From Octopus sinensis (Eukaryota): a DNA stretch of 64,000 nucleotides. This document shows positions 54,133-64,000 of the stretch, one piece after another. Position 1 is the stretch's first letter. Each line of letters starts with the position of its first letter. Under the pieces are notes generated by a model, which made no database searches, was not told the origin of the DNA, and was given only the letters and a program-made list of their open reading frames with translations. The stretch lies in the NCBI RefSeq assembly GCF_006345805.1, contig NC_043008.1, positions 42,160,001 through 42,224,000 of the forward strand, read 5' to 3'. Both the position numbers and the translations under genes were made by a program.

Positions 54133-56237
54133 GTATTCACATATACATATATATATATATATATATATGTCTGTAATATGTGTTTGTGTGTGTGTTTGTG
54201 TGTGTGCATGTTCATATACGTAAAATGTATATGCAAATATATATTAATATACATAAATACATATAATTATGGTGGCGATGGTGTTGGCGCATGTAGTGAT
54301 GGAGGCTGGCGGAGTAAGCGGCGTCGGCAGTGGTGGAGGCGATGGTGGGGGTCGTGGCGGTAGCGGTGGTGGTGGTGCTGTTGGTGGCAGTGGAATGAGG
54401 TGACGTTAGCAGTTTGTGTTTATATGATCGGTCATAACGAACGTCAACGATGTGAGACCGCCTAGCAAGCCTCTCCGACTGAGCCAGACATAACATATCT
54501 AAATGCAATGGAAACATATCTGAATATATAGTTGGTATTAATATGCAAATATATTTAGCTATCATATCGTATTTATCGTTATTCGTAGTTACTTTGTGTG
54601 TTAGTAATGCATCTGTTGATTTATTTAATATAATCGTTAACGAGTATTTTGTGTATATATATATATATATATGCACACGCGTGTGTGTGAGTGTGTGTAT
54701 TTTTGTGCGGATAGATATAGATATGCATGCGTGTATCATATACATATCTATACATATATAGGTGTGTGCCTGTGCTTATAGTGGGTGACAAGATGCTAAT
54801 ATAAGCGTCCGATAGACACGGAGTGAATATTCAGAGTAGTCAGATTACTGAATTCGAAATTCTCCCGCAGCGAAAGGCAAATACTGGATATGATAAATAC
54901 AGAGCTCGGGCGACTAGAAAAGACACAGGAAATGGACACACTATAATGGATAACGGCAAGCCATTTGATAAGAGTTATAACATATATATGTGTGGGTGTA
55001 GGTGTGTGTGCGCGTGTGTGTAAGTTGCATACATATCTTTACAGCTGTTTCCATGATTCGGTGTCTGGTTGATGCTAAAAGGCATTTTATGGAAACAAGA
55101 ATGCGCTTAGCGGTATTTCGTTCGGTTTTAATTTCCGAGTTCGATTTTGCGTTTTGTCCTTTGAGTGTCGGTGAAAAAATGTACCAGATGACCACTGGGG
55201 CCGAGGTAATCGGGCTTACATCAACCCACGAAATTTCTTGTGCAAAAAAATTGAGACTAGTGAGTATACAAAGAGAAAAAGTAAACATATAATCAACTAG
55301 CATGGTTTCATAATACATGATGTGTGTGTCTGTGTACCTGCGCAATATGGCCGTATGGTCAAGCGGTTCACTTTACGCGATTGATATATTTGTTTCGATT
55401 CTGTTGCGTCAAGCTGAATCTCCATAAAACATACAGAATAAGGGTATACATACCCGGCCTACACTCTGCCACTGACGTGCTAATTCAATGAACTTGGTAG
55501 TTTAGTTGATCAATCGGATTTAGTTGATGATCGGATCTTCTGGGATTATGAGCGAAATCCTTTATTTTTATATGTACAACCATACAGCCGAATGGTTAGA
55601 GACTCCCTTCGCATCCCAGTACGATGCGCCTTGAGTGTGCATCTTTTACAATAGACTCGGTTTTGGCACAAAGCTGGGAATTCGGAAACAGTAGTGAAGC
55701 CCGTAGAAAAGTTTGCCTCTGCAATTAAGAGCTCCGGCAGTTCTGCAAGCTGTAAGATGTGTCTTCTGCTTGGGAATTAACTGGAGAACTAACCTTAGGA
55801 GGGGAGGGGAGAAGAAGGAGGAGGGGAAGCGTAAATAAAAGGAAGGAAAATTACAATTCTTTACAAATTTTGGCAGGTTTCAATGAAGTAGCATATACTG
55901 GCACCGGAAAATTATGGATGTGGAGAGACTTGGCCTACGTGATCCACGTAATGAACAATATAAATGAAGAATAGCGAGAAGAAGGAACGTCTTCCGCTTA
56001 TTTTGACTGGAAATAAAAAATATTATATATTTAAAGCTATTTTTGCCTTTTATGTTTCGATTACCCCATTATGAAATGAACAATATTGGCGATCTGTAGT
56101 TTCTCAAAGTTTATAACTGTCACGGTTCACGGTTGCGCTGTGTGGAACCCTCCACTTACACACACACACACAAACAAACACATACACACATATATATACA
56201 TATATAATTATACTATATATAATATATATATATATTC

Positions 56238-56420
56238 AAAATTGAAAGACGTTGACCATTTTCCTTGTGTCTTCCCTTCTCTTGGACTTTCCTCTGTTTC
56301 AGACGAAGAGCGTATGCTCGAAATGTTAAACCATCTTTCCTTTCCGGAGCGTCTGCTAATACATTACGTGTACCACGTCCTCACGTTGTTGTTTTCATTT
56401 TGTATGGTTTGGATTTATTA
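56238..56420 (+). mobile_element. Short Penelope-like element with mutated hammerhead (56296-56331)
   Basis: It reads gttt-CAGACGA-a-gagc(gtat)gctc-GAAAT-GTT-aaac and is homologous to 10345-10562(-). Confidence 0.7.
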
Positions 56421-56696
56421 TGTGTATGTATATATATAATATATATATATATATATAAGCATACGCATTTATATTTATACTTCTGTGTGTGAATGTGTAT
56501 GTGTCACAAGGTATATGAAAATAAAGTGCGTTTAAAGTGTAACATGAGTAAAGTCGAACAGTATGACATCATAGGAAAACTTGAGGAAGCGGTGGGATTT
56601 CGACTGACGAGATAACGGATTCTAAAAACTCTGCAGAGCGTAACAAAATTATGCAAATATATGTGTACGTGCATGTGCGCGTGTTTATGTGTGTAT

Positions 56697-56935
56697 GTAT
56701 GAGTGTATATATTTAACTGTAAGAGTATGCATGTATATATATATATATATGCATACTCTTACAGTTAAATATATGCACTCATACGTATGTGTGTGTATAT
56801 AAATATATATTTATATACATATATATATAAAGTTTTTATTTAATAAATATAATTATATATATATATATAATAATTAATTATTAAATTACAAACTTTATAT
56901 ATATATGTATATAAATATATATTTATATACACACA
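56697..56935. repeat. Two adjacent palindromes centred on (TA)n
   Basis: The first, at 56697-56784, is gtatgagtgtatatatttaactgtaagagtatgcat...atgcatactcttacagttaaatatatgcactcatac. The second, at 56788-56935, is tgtgtgtatataaatatatatttatatacatatatatataaagttt...aaactttatatatatatgtatataaatatatatttatatacacaca. Confidence 0.88.
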
Positions 56936-57021
56936 CACACACGCACATATATATGCGTGCATACATATGTCTATATATATATATATATATTTATAAGTAT
57001 ACGTCATTTATATGTATGTAT

Positions 57022-57052
<31 letters not shown>

Positions 57053-57092
57053 GTATGTATAATATATATATATATTATATGTGTGCGTGTGT

Positions 57093-57123
<31 letters not shown>

Positions 57124-57935
57124 CAGACAGGCAGATAGAAAGAGAGCAAGAAAGCGAGGGAAGGATAGAAATATGTGTGTGTGTATAGCTTGCACGTTAT
57201 ATATGTATGCATGTGTTAATGTGTAGTCTTTTATTCTTTTACTTGTTTCAGTCTTTTAACTGCGGCCATGCTGGAGCATCGCCTTAGGAGTGAAATTTGT
57301 TTGAAGTGTAGCGTAACCAATTTCATTACAGGAAAGTGATAGTTTGTCGAAATCTATAAAAAAATATTCAAAATATTCAAAGCAATAAAGAATTATTGCG
57401 CAAGTTTTATGTATGTTTTTAATATTTATGATTATGGCTTACACACACACACACCACCTATATATATATATATATATTACATATTTATATATATATATAT
57501 ATATATATTTGTCTTTGTAGATAAATAGCTTTATGAATATCAAAGTGTTGCATACCAATCAGGAATTCTCTCTCTATATATAGATATAATATACCCATGT
57601 AAAATTGTGTGTCCGAATTTGCTAGTGAACATGTGTGTATATGAGCTTTTATGGTCTTTTATGTGTGTCTGTGTATCTATATATGCGGGACCGTTTGTGT
57701 ACGAGTAAATATGTTTGCAGAGGTGTGTGTGAGTACCGTTATGAGTGAAGCCGGTAGGGATATTGTACCCACTCAGATATAGGTTGCCCTATTCATCTTA
57801 AACACAAATGAACGGTATTTAAATTTATCTAACATTGAGTCCATATATTATCACAACACACACACAAACTCATATATATAAACATATGCATATATGTATA
57901 TACATATATATAATATATATATTATATATATATAT

Positions 57936-57977
<42 letters not shown>

Positions 57978-57991
57978 ATATATATATAGTG

Positions 57992-58024
<33 letters not shown>

Positions 58025-58249
58025 TATATGTAGGCACAGGCGTGCTGTCTGGTAAGGAGCTTACTCCCAACCACATGGTACCGGGGTTCAGTCCCACTGC
58101 CTGGCATCTTGAGCTAGTGATGTCTACTATAGCCTCGGGCCGCCCAAAGCCTTGTGTGTGAATTTGGTAAACGGAAATCTGTAGTACACATATTTATATA
58201 TATATATATATATTTATACATATATATATATGTGTATATATATATGTAT

Positions 58250-58442
58250 GCTTGACAGCTAAATCCACAAGTTTTTTTTTATATTATTCTCTCTCTGTTT
58301 ATTTTCTGTTAGTCCTTTCTGCTGAAGTGCTTAGGCTCGAAATATAAAAGTATTTTTCACTTTCTCAAGCGTCAAACTAATACAACTGCTTGTTGTTCAT
58401 ACCCCTGTCTCCTTCATCTTTTGTATTTCTAGAAATTCCAGT
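58250..58442 (+). mobile_element. Short Penelope-like element with degenerate hammerhead (58315-58350)
   Basis: It reads cttt-CTGCTGA-a-gtgc(ttag)gctc-GAAA-tata-aaag. The downstream agcgtcaaactaatacaactgc matches a minus-strand fragment at ~52912-52955. Confidence 0.55.
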
Positions 58443-59024
58443 CATATATATAAATGCCGCAGAGCAAGAGGTATTCTTGTTATGAGTTTGAGGCGACTAT
58501 TAGTCAGCGTATAAAGAAAAAAAAGAACTGGGAGAATATACCATCTAAATTTATCGAAAACACATCAAAATATGATGAGACATTAGACACATTGAATTCA
58601 ATAAATTAAAAGGAAACAAAACATATTAGGAAATACAAATGGCATTATTCTATTGTGATATGCAGAATACGTAATAAATGGGGCAATCGTTTGTGTATTC
58701 AGGTCGTCTTATGAGAAAACTTATTATATTTGTTCATCTTTTAGGGATAAAGAGGGAGGAATGAAGAAGGAAAGCTGGAGCAATGAGTCCTGCGAAACAT
58801 AGTTTGGGGATTCATGAAGCTTCAATTCCGGATGAAATATAAAATTACTAATACTATGTATTGAGTACTATATTCTTCTTCGTTTGTAACACATTTATCA
58901 GCCCGTATACATGTGTGTATGTATGTGTATATATGCATCCGTGTGTGTGTGTCTGTGTGCGTGTGTCTGTCTGTGCCTGTGTGCACATATATTGGTATAG
59001 AAAGAGATAATGGATAGGTAAGCA

Positions 59025-59069
<45 letters not shown>

Positions 59070-59794
59070 TGTGACTGTCTGTGTCTGTGTGGCTGTGTGT
59101 ATGACTGCAAGTAGTATACATACATACATACATATATATATATATGTGTATGTGTGTGTGTGTGTGTGTGTGTCTGTGTGTGTGTGTGTGTGTGTGTAGG
59201 TATGTATGTATGTATGTATGTGCATATGAATACATACGTATGTATGTATGTATGTATACATGCTTTTATGAATTTTGCAGTTTTGGTTCTTTTGTCTTAC
59301 TGACCTATCTGGTTCTTCTCGTTCTCTGAAATGTGATTCTTAACTCCTGAATGTCTCACACTTTTTTACTTACGATGGTAAGAGATATTCTTTAGAAGTA
59401 GATCTTCCTATAATTAATAATTCAAAATGGAAAATGAAAACCATTATGGCTCACGAAGAATGCTAGGTAAGAAATATCTGACATGTCACATATATGTATT
59501 CAGATGATGGGAAGAGATGTCAACATGTAAAAAATTAAAACATGCCGCCATTAAATTGTTGCAAGTTTTAGCACGACTCCAGGGAAGATTTTTATTGAGA
59601 TTCAATAATATAAGGGTACATGGAGATTACAAGCTGTACAGAATCGAAAACACACGCGCATACACAATGGCAGACACACAAGAAAACATTATTTTGGATA
59701 CTTTCATGAAGTTTGAGGAAATATAGTTAGTTGGCGTGTCTGTCTGAATCTACCGATATAATACACACACAAACGCACACACACACTTATATAT

Positions 59795-59838
<44 letters not shown>

Positions 59839-60616
59839 ATATATATATACAACCATATATATATATGTGTGTGTGTGGTGTGCGTGTGTATGTGTGTATT
59901 TTTGGCATATGCTTATATATACATGTATATATTATATACATGCATACAAATAAACTTATATAGGCATAGATACACTGCATATTTTCATAGATTTAAAATG
60001 AAGGAATGTTTCTGATATCTATATACTTATGCTGCAATGGATACAGGTATGTGTGTTTGTGTGTGTGTGTGTATTTTTGTATTTCATTATGTGTGTGTGT
60101 GCGCTTGTGTATTTCTGTACTTGTCTGTGTGTCTGTGTGTTTTAAACGCTAGTATCCATCACTGTTAATACATTGGGAGCAGACATTGGTATCCAGCTGT
60201 ACTGAACTATCATTCAACAATTCGAATATCTCTAACATATAAGAATTGCTTCTTTATTCCATTAGAATTTCCGATATTGTATAATGGTTATGTGGTAGTG
60301 CAATGACGAATAAATCCTCGTATATCCTCTTTGAGTCAGAGGATTTTTTTTTCGTTTTTTGAGGTTAGTAAAAATAAGAAATCTTTAATAACTTGTTATG
60401 TGGTAGTGCATGCGGAGAGCTAAGGTGTTACAATTTCGAAGATGAAGAATGGGAGTAATTTACATACGATTGAACGTCACTGATGTGAATTGGGTTATTA
60501 GTAGTAGATGATAAACTGTAGTCTGCTTTTGTATATTGGAAATATAATTAGTTGAGACCAAGAAACAAGTAATGTTTGTATTTTGATATGATTTCATTAG
60601 TTACTGCCAAGAATTT

Positions 60617-60920
60617 TGAAGGCGCAGTGGTTAGAGCGCCGGGTTCCCAATCGTGTGTGTGTTGTGGTCTTGAACAAGACACTTTATTTCACCTTCTTCT
60701 GTTCCATTTCACTCAGTTGTAGAAATGTGTTGCGACGTCACTGGTGCCAAGCTGTATCGGCCCCTTTGCCTTTCCCTTTAATAACATCGGTGACGTGGAG
60801 AGGGGTGATTGGTATGCATGGACGACTGTTGCTCTTCCGTAAACAACCTTTCCTGGACTTGTGCCTCGTAGGGGGAGTTTCTATGTGTAATCTCATAGTC
60901 ATTCATGACCAAAGGGGGAA
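60617..60920 (+). mobile_element. SINE-like element of a third family (tRNA-like head, decayed)
   Basis: It has an A-box-like head gaaggcgcagtggttagagcg followed by gttgtggtcttgaacaagacactttatttcac. Confidence 0.55.
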
Positions 60921-62173
60921 TCATCTTTTGCCAAGAATTGACAGTATATAAGGTAGAAATTATATAGATTAGGAATATCTTCTATTAGGTTATATCCCAA
61001 AATGTCTATAGTTATATATTGAACTGCTAGATAAGTAGATATTTATCTTAGTGGCGATATTTGGTAAAGAGCTCTAAACTAACAATTCGATAGCCTGCTA
61101 ATTTGTATTCTATATACAATCAATGTATTCTAGTAATTCACTGTAGTTTATAATGATTTTTTACTGGTACCACATAATTATAATAATTACCTTTCTAGAT
61201 TTACGATTTTATAAGTTTATTAACAATGTTTTAACTAACACAAGGTAAACAACTCGTTGACAAGAGTATATATCATGAGTTATTTCATTTAACAAATTTT
61301 CCATCTCATGATACAATATCAGAAGATATTGTATCTTCTGTATATCTTCTGATATTCTCTACAAAATATCAGAGAATATCAGCAATTCATGTAGAGAATA
61401 TCAGCAATTCATGTATGTCGCAGACACTCGCGTAAGAGTTCGAGCTTTTAATAGCCTGATGATTGATATATCTGGATATGTTACACCGAGTAAAGATCTC
61501 TTATCAATAACGGACTATATCATTCAGGATAACTCAACTTACTCTGATAGTGTTCATGTAAACAGCCATAAATTATATAAATGATCGGATTGATCTATAT
61601 GCGTATGCCAGCTTGTAAATGTATGTGCCTGAGTGCATATATATGTGTGTGTATGTACGTATGTATGTACGTATGTATGTACGTATGTATGTACGTATGT
61701 ATGTACGTATGTATGTACGTATGTACGTGTGTATGTATGAGTGTGTGTATCTATATGTATGTATATATCTATGTATGTGTGTATTTGTGTGGGTGCTTAT
61801 ACACGGATGTACGCGCCGTTTAACTATATTTTAACCATACCAATAACTGATGTGATAGATCTCTCTACACTAAAACGTTTGCTTTATGACAGATTTTACT
61901 CCTACTTTATCTGTGATCATATTTGATGTAGTGTTTGCTTTTGGTTACTTTTAAATTCTATTTTCCCCATTTATTGTCAAAATATATAACAGCAACAAAC
62001 AACCACAAGGTTTATTGTTAGAAGCGAAAGGAAAAATTGCATAAAAAAGTTACGAAAACGTATTTGTGGGGAGAATTTTTATATTATCTTTAATGTATAA
62101 CAATACAGCAAAAAGAAATACCCATAAAGCCGAAATAAAAACAAACATTATATATTAAAAAAGCATATTATAG

Positions 62174-62237
<64 letters not shown>

Positions 62238-62744
62238 CATATATATACATACATATATACGTATATATTGACTTGTATATGTGTTATATAATCTTTTCAA
62301 CATACAACCAAACAACCGAATGTTTATTTATTATTTTTGTGTGCGGTATTTTCATTTCTTTTTTATATTTTTGTACTTGTTCTTTAAAGTTATCAAAACT
62401 GATATGAAAATTTACGTGCAGGTGTAATTGTATAATAATTGGTTTAGATAATAAATAAAAAAAAATAATAGTAATAATAATGATAATAATAAATATTTAA
62501 CATCCGTATTGAAATTTAAGAGTAAAAAGAATTTCAAGCCTTTTAAATGTTATATATACATATGTGTATAGATGCAATATATACCTACATATATTATAGA
62601 CACACAGACAGACCGAATGACAGACAGGCCGATAGACAAATACATAAATGCATATCAAATCCTTTAATGCTTTTACAAAAAATGTATGAATTTGATTGCT
62701 ATTTTTCATTCATAAACAGTGGATTAGCAAATATGGATTCATAG

Positions 62745-62920
62745 AACCGTTTGAGTATCAGGAGATGAGCTTTTTACGCTCCGAGTTCAAACCCCGCTGA
62801 GGTTAACATTGCTTTTCATCCCTTTGCGGTCAATGAATATGTGACCAGTCATGTACTGGGGTCGGAAGTAACAAGTCTCACATTTCACGCAAACTTTTAG
62901 CGCCAGAGTTAGAAACAAGT
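62745..62920 (+). mobile_element. Degenerate SINE family A copy (another at ~55090-55250)
   Basis: It reads gagttcaaaccccgctgaggttaacattgcttttcatccctttgcggtc...gtactggggtcg. Confidence 0.7.
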
Positions 62921-63063
62921 ATTTTTTAATCATTCATTGTATCTGTGTATATATTCACATATACTCACACACAAACACAAACACGCGCACACACACAAAC
63001 ACACACACACATATATATGTATATATATATATATGTATATATGTGTGTATATATATATATATA

Positions 63064-63418
63064 CTAGGGTGAGTTTAACTGTAATACCATTTTATTTAGA
63101 GAACATCATCATCACTAGACTATCATCTCTTCGGCCCCATGAAAGAGGCTTTGAGAGGCAAACATTATTTCAGTGATGAGTAACTGCAAACTGTAGTGAA
63201 GAAGTGGCTCGAAGAACAGTCAACCGAATTTTACGGGGCAGGGATACATGCTCTCATTCGAAAGTGGAACATTGCTATTGATAGAAACGGTGACTATGTT
63301 GAGAAGTAGGGATGTGATCCACATAGGACCAGCTTCATTTTGATGTGTGATACATGTTCCTGTGCTGTTAATTCTACCTGTCCTAAACAAAATGGCATTA
63401 CGTTTTGACTCACCCTTG
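63064..63418 (+). mobile_element. Internally deleted mariner element with both TIRs
   Basis: The TIRs are ctagggtgagtttaactgtaataccattt / aaatggcattacgttttgactcacccttg, with TA on both sides. The interior encodes the mariner C-terminus DYHLFGPMKEALRGKHY...KKWLEEQSTEFYGAGIHALIRKWNIAIDRNGDYVEK*. Confidence 0.9.
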
Positions 63419-64000
63419 TATATATATATATATATGGTAAAGGTAGTATCTTAATTCAATTTTTAAAAACATAATAAAGAAAGGTCAACTCGATCGATCG
63501 CGTGCAAACAACATTCTTACAATAACTTCATCGGACATTCTGATTTCAAATCCAGCTGAATTCCAATTTCGTTTTCCGTTTTCCCTGAGAGGACAAAATA
63601 CTTATGATACTCTTCACACAAATATGTGTGAATGTTGTGGTTGTGTAAAATTAATGTTAAAGAAAGCGATATATTGGAAAGCTTAAAAACCGTTGTTGTT
63701 GCTATTTTACTATTGTTGTTGTCGTTGCTGTCGTCGTCGTCTTCATCGTAGTCGTTGTTATTGTAGTTATTTCTGCTCTTATTGTTGTCGCTTTGTTTTC
63801 ATCCATTCATACTTCTGCTTGCTCGACGCAATTCAATTTTAATTTTGCCAAGAATAACAGAAGGAAAATTTCTCTTTATCGTTTTTTTTTAAATATTTTT
63901 TCTCATTCCTTTTTCCTGCAACACTCGGGCCATATCCATATACAAAGTCTAACCTATAACTAGCTTTTAACATTTTTATCAATTTTAATTTAACTTACAT

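Noticed and set aside
56040-56105. Further hammerhead candidates (minus-strand GAAACATA with a hairpin here; also ~1400-1440 and CTGAGGA at ~4674)
   Set aside because: One half of the catalytic core or stem II is missing or too degenerate to support a call.

Overview
Eukaryotic, AT-rich genomic DNA saturated with microsatellites. The SINE and repeat repertoire looks like an octopus or other coleoid cephalopod; I recognised this by eye and it is not verified. The only supportable host gene is the 3' part of a + strand Cys-loop receptor subunit, a nicotinic acetylcholine receptor alpha of the alpha9/alpha10-like type. It has three exons (164-273, 37414-37949, 38687-39309) joined by phase-compatible GT-AG introns, the first about 37 kb long; its 5' exons lie upstream of the window. 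Almost all other ORFs in the track are microsatellite translations or transposon debris: stacked restriction-like-endonuclease (R4/Dong-type) LINE fragments in (ATT)n tracts, a DD37D and a mariner remnant, a MITE and many SINEs. The most unusual signal is a set of Penelope-type minimal hammerhead ribozyme motifs in short elements inserted in (TA)n. Two of these elements are long fold-back palindromes inside the receptor intron, where the ribozyme is preceded by its own antisense copy. Gene and hammerhead coordinates were counted by hand; repeat boundaries are approximate.
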